A stretch of DNA of 64,000 bases from a bacterium (GTDB taxonomy: Bacteria > Chloroflexota > Dormibacteria > Aeolococcales > Aeolococcaceae). How positions within the stretch are numbered: position 1 is the stretch's first letter; each line of letters opens with the position of its first letter. Under the pieces are notes generated by a model, which made no database searches, was not told where the DNA came from, and was given only the letters and a program-made list of their open reading frames with translations. Below, in pieces: positions 28,106-41,073 of this stretch. Where the stretch lies: assembly GCA_014874355.1 (NCBI GenBank), contig JACWAJ010000028.1, forward strand, positions 489 to 64,488, read 5' to 3'. Position numbers and translations under genes: made by a program.

Positions 28106-28369
28106 ATGGCTAGGGGAACCCGTTTCGCGGCATCGGTCATAGGTCGTGAGGTTTTAGATCAGGACGGTCGACGCCTGGGACGGATCGTCGCGATCATCCA
28201 CAAGTCGGCAGGGGTGGACGTACTGGTCTCAGGCCATCGGTGGCTGCGGCGGCGAACCTACCGACTCGAAGGAGATCTGTTGTCTATGCGAGACGATGGA
28301 CGCTTGAGTGTTACCAACCTCAACGTGGTCGGTCGACGAAATCGTTCGAGTGTGGTCGCCAGGCGATGA
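28106..28369 (+). CDS. small PRC-barrel-like protein
   Basis: VIGREVLDQDGRRLGRIVAII...GVDVLV fits the PRC-barrel pattern. Its stop overlaps the kimA start (ATGA). Confidence 0.4.
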   Translation: MARGTRFAASVIGREVLDQDGRRLGRIVAIIHKSAGVDVLVSGHRWLRRRTYRLEGDLLSMRDDGRLSVTNLNVVGRRNRSSVVARR

Positions 28370-30549
28370 TTGAGGGAAATCGCGATCCTGGCTCCACGAG
28401 CGCCGCCACACCGGAAACCGGAATTCCAGCAGATGAGGCTGCGGCCCTACGCCGTGCTGGGCGGGCGTGGGAAGAGGTGCCACAGGCCGATGCCAGGACA
28501 GACACGCCAGGGCTCGATCCCAACCTGGAGGCGGTGGAGGCACACGGAAGCCTTCCCGGCCAGCGCTACGTTCGAATCGTTCGCGCTCACAACCAGGGCT
28601 TCGATCATGTGGCCCCAGGCTGGCTTCAGGCCACCCGGCGAGCAATGGCCCCCAGCGGTCGAGTAGGTCTCCTGAGGTGCCTGGTTTGCGGCACGATTCT
28701 GGGTCCGCCGATGGCGACGCGGCAATTCGTCCACGAACGGCTGTCCAAGATCAAGGCACTGGCGGTGCTGTCCTCGGATGCGCTCTCGTCCGTTGCTTAC
28801 GCCACCGAACAGACTTTGGTAATCCTTGTCGCCGCCGGTTCTATGGCGCTCAGTGCTTCGCTGCCGATCATGGCCGCGATCGCAGCCCTGCTTGTCACCG
28901 TTGTCGTCAGCTACCGCCAGACCATCAAGGCGTATCCCCGTGGCGGGGGATCGTACATCGTTGCCAAAGACAACTTGGGCGATCGTGTCGGCTTGATAGC
29001 GGCGGCGGCTTTGATGACCGACTACGTACTCACCGTTGCAGTGTCGGTGGCCAGCGGCAAGGATTTCATCGGGGCCGCGTTTCCCTGGGTGGCCGAGCAT
29101 CCAGTGTTCACCTGTGTCGCGATGATTCTGCTCATCCTGCTGGGAAATCTACGTGGCATTCGAGAGTCGGCATCCATTTTCGCGGCGCCGACCTACCTCT
29201 TCGTGGGCAGCATTGTGGTGATGCTGGGAGTTGCGTTCTACCGGATTGCGACCAATTCGGTCATGCCCGTGAACACAGCGCAACTGCCACACGCCACTCA
29301 ATCACTGGGCATCATTCTAGTGCTGCGCGCATTTGCTTCGGGGTGTACCGCCTTGACCGGTGTGGAGGCTATCAGCGACGGGGTTCCGGCCTTCAAACCG
29401 CCGGAATGGCGCAACGCCCGAAGCACGCTGATGGTGATGGCCGCGATCAGTGTGAGCATGTTCGTCGGTATCACGGTTGCCACCCACCTCATGGGACTGC
29501 ATCCCTTTCCCAACGCCAATCCGCCGATAGTCGTTCAGTTGGCCACCGCTTCCTTCGGGGGCGGAAGTTGGGGGCTCTATCTGGTGACGGCGGCCACCGC
29601 CGGAATTCTGGTGCTGGCCGCCAACACCGCGTTCTCGGACTTCCCTCGACTGCTCTTCTTCCTTTCTCGTGACAACTACGCCCCGCATCAGTTCGGCCAT
29701 CTCGGAGACCGGCTTGCGTACAGCAACGGCATCATCGTCTTGGGCGGCCTTGCGGCAATTCTGGTCGCCACTTTCGGTGGGGTTGTCGACCGGCTTATAC
29801 CCCTCTACACCATCGGCGTGTTCTTGGCGTTCACCATGTCGCAGACGGGGATGGTCGTGCGCTGGCTGAAACGTCGCGAGCCTGGATGGCGCAGAGGTTT
29901 GACGGTGAATACCGCCGGCGCGATCTGCACCGGTGTTGTGTTCGTCATCGTGGCCTCGGTCAAGTTCCTCGAGGGTGCGTTTGTGATCGTGGCCATCGTT
30001 CCCGCTCTCGTCATGATCTTTTTGGCGGTCCACCGGCACTACTTAGAGGTCGAGGTAACCCTTGAGATGGAGACGCCGACCAGCCCTGGGAGCGTTCATC
30101 CCACCTGCATCGTGCCCATATCGGACCTGAACGGCCTTGCGTTGCAGAGTCTGGCAATGGCGCGCTCGCTCTCATCTGCGGTCATCGCGGTTCACGTCTG
30201 CGAAGATGAGAACCACATCGCCCAGCTTCGTGCGAAGTGGGAGCTTTGGGGCAATCATATTCCTCTGACGATTGTCGAGTCACCGTACCGGGCACTCGTT
30301 CGCCCCCTGCTCGCCTACATCGATGCCATCGACCGTCAACATAGCGACGACACGATTGTCGTGGTGCTGCCCGAGTTGGTGGCCACGCGCTGGTGGCATA
30401 ACCTCCTTCACAATCAATCCGCGCTGCGGCTCAAGGCGGCACTGCTGTTCCGACCAGGAACTGTGGTGGTGGACGTCCCCCATCATCTCCGCCGGCATCG
30501 GCGCATTCCACGGCACCAAGACCGCCACAACGACGAGGATGCTCTCTGA
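28366..30549 (+). CDS. kimA: KimA (YdaO)-family K+/H+ symporter, APC superfamily, with cytoplasmic C-terminal domain
   Basis: LSKIKALAVLSSDALSSVAYATEQTL, YRQTIKAYPRGGGSYIVAKDNLG...DYVLTVAVSVASG and FASGCTALTGVEAISDGVPAFK match the B. subtilis KimA signature regions as recalled from memory. Confidence 0.8.
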   Translation: MIEGNRDPGSTSAATPETGIPADEAAALRRAGRAWEEVPQADARTDTPGLDPNLEAVEAHGSLPGQRYVRIVRAHNQGFDHVAPGWLQATRRAMAPSGRVGLLRCLVCGTILGPPMATRQFVHERLSKIKALAVLSSDALSSVAYATEQTLVILVAAGSMALSASLPIMAAIAALLVTVVVSYRQTIKAYPRGGGSYIVAKDNLGDRVGLIAAAALMTDYVLTVAVSVASGKDFIGAAFPWVAEHPVFTCVAMILLILLGNLRGIRESASIFAAPTYLFVGSIVVMLGVAFYRIATNSVMPVNTAQLPHATQSLGIILVLRAFASGCTALTGVEAISDGVPAFKPPEWRNARSTLMVMAAISVSMFVGITVATHLMGLHPFPNANPPIVVQLATASFGGGSWGLYLVTAATAGILVLAANTAFSDFPRLLFFLSRDNYAPHQFGHLGDRLAYSNGIIVLGGLAAILVATFGGVVDRLIPLYTIGVFLAFTMSQTGMVVRWLKRREPGWRRGLTVNTAGAICTGVVFVIVASVKFLEGAFVIVAIVPALVMIFLAVHRHYLEVEVTLEMETPTSPGSVHPTCIVPISDLNGLALQSLAMARSLSSAVIAVHVCEDENHIAQLRAKWELWGNHIPLTIVESPYRALVRPLLAYIDAIDRQHSDDTIVVVLPELVATRWWHNLLHNQSALRLKAALLFRPGTVVVDVPHHLRRHRRIPRHQDRHNDEDAL

Positions 30550-30558
30550 ACCACTGAA

Positions 30559-31095
30559 TCACAATGGCCTTTGTGTAAGGTTTCCACGCAAGCACCGAGT
30601 ACAAAGGCAGGAAAGATGGCAGGAGTAGTGGTCCCGGCAAATCGGCACGTCAACCCCGATGCAAGGCCAGGAGAACGGCGAAAAATCCCGGATGCGGTTT
30701 GGGGTGCGCAGCGGGATCGCCTCGTGCATCAACTTGCGGACCTCGTTCACGGTGTCGCCGGCAGCCACGCAGCCGGGCAGGTCGGGGCGGTTCAATGTGT
30801 CGCCACTGTCACCGTCCCCGGCTTGATGGAATGCCGGGACTGCCGGTGGCTGGCCCACACAGTCGATCACCGAACCGCCCGCCTGACGCGCCCCCAAACA
30901 GTGCCACAGGTTCTTGGAGGGCGAGATCACCAGCGAGGGCTCGTGGTCGGCATGGAACGGACACAGGCCCAGCAGGTCGGCACCGTGGCGCTTCAACTCC
31001 ACACCCCCGACCTCCGCCAGCCGCTCCAGGCTCACCCCCGCCTTCAAATGCTCCAGTTCCGTCTCGGGGATCCTCGCCAAAGCCCGCCCTCCCAA
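30559..31095 (-). pseudogene. primase-type CHC2 zinc-finger domain remnant
   Basis: The first 80 or so residues (…GLCPFHADHEPSLVISPSKNLWHCLGARQAGGSVIDCV) match the DnaG/phage-primase CHC2 finger, but the second Cys pair is degenerate (CLGARQ, not CFGCG). The rest is non-protein-like and Cys-rich. Confidence 0.5.
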
Positions 31096-31182
31096 CCGTA
31101 GTCAATCACCAAGGGATTTTGTGTGGTGAGTGCCACGTTCCGTGGAACAGCCTGATCTGGAGATGTTTTGCCGATTGCCCTG

Positions 31183-33135
31183 CTACAACAACTCCTTGAG
31201 CAGTAGGGCCAGAGACCTGGGGATCTCCGGCAACGCCATAAGGTCATCGAGGCTCGCTTCTTTGATGCCGTCGATGCTGCCAAAACGGCGCAGCAGAACC
31301 CGCTTACGCACTGGACCGAGACTGGGAATGTCGTCGAGGCGCGAACGCAGCGCCGCCTTGCCACGCTTGGCCCTGTGCTGGGTGATGGCAAAGCGATGCG
31401 CCTCGTCGCGAACCCGTTGGACGAGGAACAGGGTAGGACTGTCACGCGGCAGGACTATCGGAACGAGAGCCCCTGGCCGGAACAGTTCCTCGTTGCGTTT
31501 GGCCAGCCCGAATACAGGAATGGAGTCCAGCCCTGCCTCCCCGAGTACCACCTGCGCGGCGTGGAGTTGACCCTTGCCCCCGTCTATCAAGATCAAATCG
31601 GGGAGTGTGCCGAAGCTGTCGTCACGACGGCTTGCCGGCTTCGCAGCCACTCCGATGGCGGGCTCTTTGTAACCGTTACTGCCGCCGGGATCCACCGCCG
31701 GCATGTCGACGCCTGCGGAATCGCCGAGATAACGGGCAAAGCGACGGCGCAAGGTCTCCGCCATGGAACGGAAATCATCCGCCCCCACCACGGTCTTGAT
31801 CCCGAAGTGGCGGTAATGCGCGCTCTTGGGCCGGCCATCTTCGAACACCACCATCGAACCGACCGAGTTGGTTCCCATCGTGTTGCTGATGTCGTAGCAC
31901 TCGATGCGCCTCGGGGGGGCATCGAGATCGAGTTGCTGCGCCAGACCCTCCAGCAGCGCAGTGGTGCGTGAGGCGTCGAAATCATCGACAATGCGGCGCT
32001 GCTGGAGTGCGGCCTCGGCACTGGCACGGGCCGCATCGATCAGACCTCTGCCCCGCCCACGCTGCGGCAAGCGCACTTCGACCGGACCACCACGCCGGGC
32101 GCGCAGGAAATCCTCGATAACGGCACCCTCGTCGAGAGGTTCGGAGACAAGAACCCGGCGCGGCACGCCAGGAACGCCGGCGTAGTACTGGGTGACAAAG
32201 GCCGTCAAGCATCGGGCAGCCCCGAGATCACTGACTCCCTCGAGTTCGTGGGTCTCCATACCGACCACACGGCCCCGGCGCACCGCAAACACTGCCACCA
32301 TGCCACGGCCGGCGCCGGTCACGACGGCGACGACATCCTCATCGGTGCGGTTGCCGTCCACCATCTTCTGCTTCTGTGCGATCCGTGCCATCGCCTTGAT
32401 GCGGTCCCGGTAGCGCGCCGCCCGTTCGAAGTCGAGACGCTCCGCTGCCGCATCCATCTGCGCCCGCAAGATCTTCTCCACGGCCGCGGACTCGCCTCGC
32501 ATGAAGAGTTCCACCTCGTCGAGCAACTCAGCATATCCGGGGGCATCGATACGCCCCTCACAGGGTCCGGCACAGCGTTTGATGTGGTAGTCAAGACAGA
32601 CGCGGCCTTTGCGGAATATCTCGTCGCTGCAGGTACGGAACAGGAAGAGGGTACGCAGGGAACGCACCGTCGACCGTAGCGCCAAAGCATTGGTGTAGGG
32701 GCCAAAATAGCGCGCCCCATCGTTGCTCAAACGTCGTGAATAGTACGGACGGGGGAACAACTCCACCCCACCGGAGGTTGGACGCGGAAGCTTGAGATAC
32801 AGGTAGTTTTTGTCATCTTTGAGACGAACATTGAAGCGCGGCCGGTATCGCTTGATGAGTGTGCTTTCGAGGATAAGCGCCTCGCGCTCGTTGGCACATG
32901 CGATGATTTCGAAGTCGAAGATCCTCTCGACAAGATTGCGCGTGCGCAGCGGCAAGGATGCCATGCCGGTGAAGTACGAACGCAAACGACTGCGCAGCCG
33001 CGCCGCTTTGCCGACATAGATCACCCGGGCCTCGACATCGCGCATGACATAGACCCCCGGCGACTGCGGCGCCGCCGAGAGCCGCTCGCGCAGCAGTTCT
33101 GGCCGGCCTAGGAGACGCGACGGCGGAATGGGCAC
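31183..33135 (-). CDS. uvrC: excinuclease ABC subunit C
   Basis: GIY-YIG (SPGVYVMRD...VIYVGKA), UvrBC and RNase H-like endonuclease domains, C-terminal HhH. GTG start at 33135, directly after the ALDH stop. Confidence 0.9.
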   Translation of the reverse strand: MPIPPSRLLGRPELLRERLSAAPQSPGVYVMRDVEARVIYVGKAARLRSRLRSYFTGMASLPLRTRNLVERIFDFEIIACANEREALILESTLIKRYRPRFNVRLKDDKNYLYLKLPRPTSGGVELFPRPYYSRRLSNDGARYFGPYTNALALRSTVRSLRTLFLFRTCSDEIFRKGRVCLDYHIKRCAGPCEGRIDAPGYAELLDEVELFMRGESAAVEKILRAQMDAAAERLDFERAARYRDRIKAMARIAQKQKMVDGNRTDEDVVAVVTGAGRGMVAVFAVRRGRVVGMETHELEGVSDLGAARCLTAFVTQYYAGVPGVPRRVLVSEPLDEGAVIEDFLRARRGGPVEVRLPQRGRGRGLIDAARASAEAALQQRRIVDDFDASRTTALLEGLAQQLDLDAPPRRIECYDISNTMGTNSVGSMVVFEDGRPKSAHYRHFGIKTVVGADDFRSMAETLRRRFARYLGDSAGVDMPAVDPGGSNGYKEPAIGVAAKPASRRDDSFGTLPDLILIDGGKGQLHAAQVVLGEAGLDSIPVFGLAKRNEELFRPGALVPIVLPRDSPTLFLVQRVRDEAHRFAITQHRAKRGKAALRSRLDDIPSLGPVRKRVLLRRFGSIDGIKEASLDDLMALPEIPRSLALLLKELL

Positions 33136-33136
33136 T

Positions 33137-34642
33137 CTAGAAGTGTCGTCCACGTCCGTACAAGAGGCGAAACGCCTGCTGCAATCGCCGGGTCTTCTTG
33201 GCGGTGTACGGGTACATATGCACGTCTTTTTTGAGATGCAGCCGGGATACCAGAATTGCCTGCTGCGAGCAGAACTTGCGAATGCCGCCCGGACCGTGGC
33301 GATGGCCGATACCAGAAGCCTTGACGCCCCCCATCGGCAGTTCGAGCACCTGAAAGTTGATGACGGCATCGTTGACGCAGACCGTGCCCGCCTGGATGCG
33401 TCGTGCGATCGCTTCGCCATGCCGCAGATCACCGGTGAACACCGACGCGCTCAGGCCATAGGGCGAGTCGTTGGCCAGACGTATGGCCTCTTCGACATCG
33501 GCAACCTTCATGATGGGCAGTGTCGGGCCGAATGTCTCTTCGGTCATGCAAAGCATGGTGTGGTCGACGTCGACCAGAACCGTCGGCTGGTACCAGTAGC
33601 CTCCCACGCCGTTGTGGCCTCGCTCACCGCCGGCAACGACCTTGGCACCCTTGTCCCTGGCGTCATCCACGTGTCGGGCAACGATGTCCACCTGAGGCGG
33701 AAACGTCAGAGAACCGACCTCGGCCATACCGGGACCGGTCGAAACACCGTTGCGCAAGATGCGCACCTTCTCGGTCACCGAGGCTACGAAATCGGCATAA
33801 ACCGGCGCCTCGACGTAGACGCGCTCAATGCCGATGCACGTCTGCCCGCAGTTGAGCATCGAGTAGTACACGGCATGGTTGGCGGCACGCTCTAAATCGG
33901 CGTCGGCGAGCACGATCATGGGATCCTTGCCGCCCAGTTCCAGCGATACCGGCGTCAGCGTCTCAGCCGCCTTGGCCATCACCTGCTTGCCGACCTCCGT
34001 CGACCCGGTGAACATGATCATGTCCACCTCGCCGATCAGCGCTTCACCCGTGACACCTCGACCGGTGGCAACCTGCATCACATGCTCGGGCAGGCCGCAC
34101 TCGATAAGGCCTTCCAGCAGCAGCAGCGAGGTCAGCGGTGTGATCCCCGACGGCTTGAGGATCACGCTGTTGCCCGCCGCCAGCGCCGGAATGCAGTCGC
34201 CAAAGGAGTTGCTGAGCGGGTAGTTCCACGGCCCGATGACCCCGATCAAACCGAGTGGACGGTAGCGAAGGGTGAGCTTCTTGCCCTTGGCCGGCAGATA
34301 GTCACTGTGAATCCGTTCGTCGGCAAGGTAACGCCAGGCGTGCTTGGCCCAGAAGGCGAAGGCGTTGACGCCATAGGACCAGTCGGCGACCTGAGCGTCC
34401 TCATAGGTCTTGCCTGTTTCCAGAACGATCGTCTCGATGACGCGATCGGCGTTGTCGCACAGCCATTTCTGCATCCGCGACAGCACGCGCCTACGCTCAC
34501 GAAAGCCCAGCGCCTCCCAGCCGGGCTGCGCCGCACGTCCCATCTGCGCCATCCCGTGCACCTGCTCGCGGTCCAGGGCGGGCACGTGAGCGATGACCTC
34601 ACCGGTGGCAGGGTTCTCAACGGAAATCTGGCCGGGCAGCAT
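33137..34642 (-). CDS. NAD(P)+-dependent aldehyde dehydrogenase
   Basis: ELGGKDP, catalytic Cys motif (NCGQTCIG), and FTGSTEVG motifs. Confidence 0.9.
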   Translation of the reverse strand: MLPGQISVENPATGEVIAHVPALDREQVHGMAQMGRAAQPGWEALGFRERRRVLSRMQKWLCDNADRVIETIVLETGKTYEDAQVADWSYGVNAFAFWAKHAWRYLADERIHSDYLPAKGKKLTLRYRPLGLIGVIGPWNYPLSNSFGDCIPALAAGNSVILKPSGITPLTSLLLLEGLIECGLPEHVMQVATGRGVTGEALIGEVDMIMFTGSTEVGKQVMAKAAETLTPVSLELGGKDPMIVLADADLERAANHAVYYSMLNCGQTCIGIERVYVEAPVYADFVASVTEKVRILRNGVSTGPGMAEVGSLTFPPQVDIVARHVDDARDKGAKVVAGGERGHNGVGGYWYQPTVLVDVDHTMLCMTEETFGPTLPIMKVADVEEAIRLANDSPYGLSASVFTGDLRHGEAIARRIQAGTVCVNDAVINFQVLELPMGGVKASGIGHRHGPGGIRKFCSQQAILVSRLHLKKDVHMYPYTAKKTRRLQQAFRLLYGRGRHF

Positions 34643-34685
34643 GGCAGTTCACTCTACCTGACGTCGCGACGAACTGCCCGACGAA

Positions 34686-37773
<3,088 letters not shown>

Positions 37774-40700
37774 TCAGTCGACCGGACGGATCGCAGATTC
37801 GCCAACTGCAAAGATTTTGACTCCACTCTTGTCGAACTTGATCACAACCTCTTCCCCGGCACGGGTCATGGTGCTCTTGAGCACAGTACCAGCGCCAAGC
37901 GCAGGGTGCTTCACACGCGACCCCTCGTGATACCGCTGTGGCGCAACGTCTACGGGGTTGGGGCTTGCGGCCCGAGTGTAGTTTGCCTGGCGCGCCACAC
38001 CCGCAGCACGCGGGTCGGGAACGGGCACCCCGCCGACACGACGAACCACCTCGAGCAGTTCGGCCGGAATCTCTTTTAGGAATCGCGACGCTTCCGACAG
38101 CTTGGGCGCCCCGTAAATGTGACGCCGGAATGCGTGGAGCAGGTAGAGACGCCGCTCGGCGCGCGTCACCCCGACGTACGCCAGACGGCGCTCTTCGGCG
38201 ATGGCCGGCTCCCCCTCGTCCATGGCACGCATGTGAGGCAGTAACCCCTCCTCCATTCCCACCAGGAACACCACAGGAAATTCCAAACCCTTGACGGCGT
38301 GAAGCGTAATTAAGGTGACGCCAGCCTGACTTTCGTCCAAGACGTCTACGTCGCTCACCAAAGCCACGTTCTCGAGGAACTGAGCCAAGCCTTCGGGCGG
38401 TGGTACCGCAGCGTATTCCGCGGCCAGACCGACAAGCTCGGTTACGTTGCTCCAACGCTCCTCACCCTCTGGAGTTCCATCGCGCAGAAAACTCTGATAT
38501 CCGCTCTCGGATAGAACGCGCCCCATGAGATCGGACAGGTTGAGCAACGCGGCACGCTCACGGAAGGAGTCGATCAATCCCCCGAACTCGTCCAGCGCCT
38601 TCAGCGCACCGCTGCCGATGCTCTCCGCGTCGTCAAGTTGGTGCACCGCATCGAACAGCGAAATCCGCTTGCGCCGCGCCAATTTCTCGACCTCGGCCAG
38701 AGTCTTGTCGCCGATCTTGCGGCGCGGCACGTTGACGATGCGCGAAAACGCAATCGGGTCGCGGGGATTGGCAATGAGACGCAGGTAGGCCAGCACGTCC
38801 TTGACCTCGCGCCGCTCGTAGAAACGCATCCCGCCCACCAGTCGATATGGCATCCCCCGGCGTAGGAAGATGTCCTCGAAGGCGCGCGATTGCGCATTGG
38901 TACGGAACAGGACGGCGACGTCGCTGAGCGAGAACTCGCCGGCAACAAGCTGGTCGATCTCGTGAACCACCGCCAGCGCCTCTTCCTGCTCGTCGTAGAC
39001 GGACAGCAGTTGAACCCGGGCACCGCCGCTGCACTCGGTCCAGAGTTTCTTGTGAGCACGCTCCGAGTTGTTGCGTATGACGGCATGTGCTGTATCGAGA
39101 ATGTTCTGCGTGGAGCGGTAGTTCTGCTCCAGGGTGACCACCGTGGCGTCCGGATAATCCCGGCGAAATGACAATATGTTGCGAACGTCGGCCCCACGCC
39201 ATCCGTAGATTGAGTTATGTGTCACCAGCCCGTTGGCAATGTAATTGTGAGTCCTCTCGATATTGAGGTCATGGACCGTACCGTTGATGGGCACTCGTCC
39301 TACTGACACCACAGGGTCATACCCCCCCTCAGCGTCGAACATCACCATGCCTCGATGAACCGAGCCCGCGGGAAGGAAGCCGAGACTGCAGCTTTCGATC
39401 ACCGGCCCATTTTTGCCCAGCCGTGCATTCCGCAACACGCAGAGATCTGCAAACACACGCTGTATGCGTTCGACCATCGCCAAGGCAGCTCCGAAGTCTG
39501 CAAACGCGGACTCATACCGCCATGACTCCGACCCCGCCTTTGCTGGGCGAACCGATAGACCGATCGATTCCAGAGCTTCGTGCCCCGCACGGTCATTGCC
39601 AACCATGGAAATCCGGTGCATCGGGGATGCACCGCGTCGATCACCGCATAGGGTCAGCACAATATTGCGACGATTGGAGTTGCGACTATGAGGCACGTGA
39701 TGCGGGTGAGTCCACAGCAGTCCGCGATCGTGAACGAGCCTGCGCCCAGATGCCTCGGTATCAAAAGAGCGAAATACTTTATCTAGATAACCAGCATCAT
39801 GAACGAGCCCGTTGCTACTGTTACCCCTGCGGGGAACAAAGGGTAATGTGGGGATTTGATAGCCCAGTGAGGCGATGTACTCATCAGCACGAGCGTCGTT
39901 CTCGTTCTCGTGAGTGGAGATGATCCAGAGCGCGTCGGCATGTTCCTGCATGCATCGCTGACGAAAACCTGCGACCGGTCTGGCCTGTCCCTTGGTGTTG
40001 ACCTGGCTGGTTCCTATCCGGCACCCCACTCCACGCTTGTACATGAGGTATGTAAAAAACGTCTGCGTCGGTTCGCCCGTACGATAACCAGCGAAATGAG
40101 TGTGTTCGAGGGTACTGACAACGGTACGTCCCGACGCGGTCGTTATCGCAACCCCATCGCCGGATGCGAGCCCTTGATAAACCGATATCACGCGAGCAGA
40201 GCGAACATCGCCACTACCATAATTTGAGGCGACCAGTTCTCCCGCCGTAATCTCCTCGATTGCCTTGGCTCGCCCGTCCGCCATGAGAATTGGTGTTCCT
40301 GTGGCCAGGCATTGGTCGTCGTCACCCACCACCGTCAAATTGCGATGGTGCTCGGCCAGTAGCGACACCATTACGTACTGAGCCCGGTTGGTGTCCTGGT
40401 ACTCGTCCACGAATATGTGGCGGAACCGTTCCTGGTAATGCCGGCGGATAGGCTCAACATCGCACAGCATCTGGACACTGCGCACCAGAAGATCATCGAA
40501 GTCCAGCGCCGCAGCATTTTTCAATTCCACTTCGTAAGTGCGAAAAACCCTGGCCACATTACCCCCGAAGATATCTGCGGCCTGCGCCTCGAAAGTGGAG
40601 GCATCCTGCAGTTCGTTCTTGGCCTTGCTGATCTCGTGTGCAATCTGCTTCGCGGGAAAGCGCTTGTCATCGACACCGACCATGGTCATGGAACGCCGGA

Positions 40701-41073
40701 TGGCACCCAGGCGATCGGCCTCGTCGTAAATGGTGAAGTTGGAGGGGATGCCCAAACAGTCGCCGTCGCGGCGCAACATGCGCACGCCAATGGAGTGAAA
40801 CGTGCCCAGCCACATCCCGCTCAAACCCGGGGTGGCGCCTTCCAGCAGCGCCTCGACACGCGAACGCATCTCGCGGGCCGCTTTGTTGGTGAAGGTGACG
40901 GCGAGGATCTCGGACGGGCGCACGCCGCGACTGGCAATGACGTGAGCTATACGATGCGTCAGTACCCGGGTCTTGCCGCTCCCCGCACCAGCAAAGATGA
41001 GCAGCGGGCCGTCGGGCGCGTCGACAGCCTGCCGCTGGGCGGCATTGAGCGAATCAAGGAGCGGCAGGGACAA
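37774..41073 (-). CDS. UvrD/PcrA-type ATP-dependent DNA helicase containing an intein
   Basis: Walker A GAGSGKTRVL, motif II DEYQDTN, motif III split as VVGDDDQ | intein | SIYGWRGA, remaining SF1 motifs and the C-terminal Tudor-like tail. The two exteins total 733 aa. Confidence 0.9.
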   Translation of the reverse strand: MSLPLLDSLNAAQRQAVDAPDGPLLIFAGAGSGKTRVLTHRIAHVIASRGVRPSEILAVTFTNKAAREMRSRVEALLEGATPGLSGMWLGTFHSIGVRMLRRDGDCLGIPSNFTIYDEADRLGAIRRSMTMVGVDDKRFPAKQIAHEISKAKNELQDASTFEAQAADIFGGNVARVFRTYEVELKNAAALDFDDLLVRSVQMLCDVEPIRRHYQERFRHIFVDEYQDTNRAQYVMVSLLAEHHRNLTVVGDDDQCLATGTPILMADGRAKAIEEITAGELVASNYGSGDVRSARVISVYQGLASGDGVAITTASGRTVVSTLEHTHFAGYRTGEPTQTFFTYLMYKRGVGCRIGTSQVNTKGQARPVAGFRQRCMQEHADALWIISTHENENDARADEYIASLGYQIPTLPFVPRRGNSSNGLVHDAGYLDKVFRSFDTEASGRRLVHDRGLLWTHPHHVPHSRNSNRRNIVLTLCGDRRGASPMHRISMVGNDRAGHEALESIGLSVRPAKAGSESWRYESAFADFGAALAMVERIQRVFADLCVLRNARLGKNGPVIESCSLGFLPAGSVHRGMVMFDAEGGYDPVVSVGRVPINGTVHDLNIERTHNYIANGLVTHNSIYGWRGADVRNILSFRRDYPDATVVTLEQNYRSTQNILDTAHAVIRNNSERAHKKLWTECSGGARVQLLSVYDEQEEALAVVHEIDQLVAGEFSLSDVAVLFRTNAQSRAFEDIFLRRGMPYRLVGGMRFYERREVKDVLAYLRLIANPRDPIAFSRIVNVPRRKIGDKTLAEVEKLARRKRISLFDAVHQLDDAESIGSGALKALDEFGGLIDSFRERAALLNLSDLMGRVLSESGYQSFLRDGTPEGEERWSNVTELVGLAAEYAAVPPPEGLAQFLENVALVSDVDVLDESQAGVTLITLHAVKGLEFPVVFLVGMEEGLLPHMRAMDEGEPAIAEERRLAYVGVTRAERRLYLLHAFRRHIYGAPKLSEASRFLKEIPAELLEVVRRVGGVPVPDPRAAGVARQANYTRAASPNPVDVAPQRYHEGSRVKHPALGAGTVLKSTMTRAGEEVVIKFDKSGVKIFAVGESAIRPVD
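39214..40311 (-). mobile_element. intein (366 aa) inserted in helicase motif III of uvrD/pcrA
   Basis: Starts with Cys (CLATGTPILMADG, block A), TxxH block B (TLEHTH), C-terminal blocks VHDLNIERTHNYIANGLVTHN followed by a +1 Ser. Central region of about 250 aa. Local GC is visibly lower than the flanks. Confidence 0.8.

Noticed and set aside
28106-28369. A c-di-AMP (ydaO) riboswitch directly upstream of kimA, as in Bacillus
   Set aside because: The only 5' space is occupied by a plausible PRC-barrel ORF translationally coupled to kimA, leaving about 50 nt of intergenic DNA. That is too short for the riboswitch, and no conserved cores were seen.
31096-31182. Direct repeat of the tRNA-Pro 3' end marking the far border of the putative island
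   Set aside because: Only a weak CCCGCCCTCCCAACC resemblance to the tRNA acceptor/T-arm was found. It is not convincing without a proper alignment.
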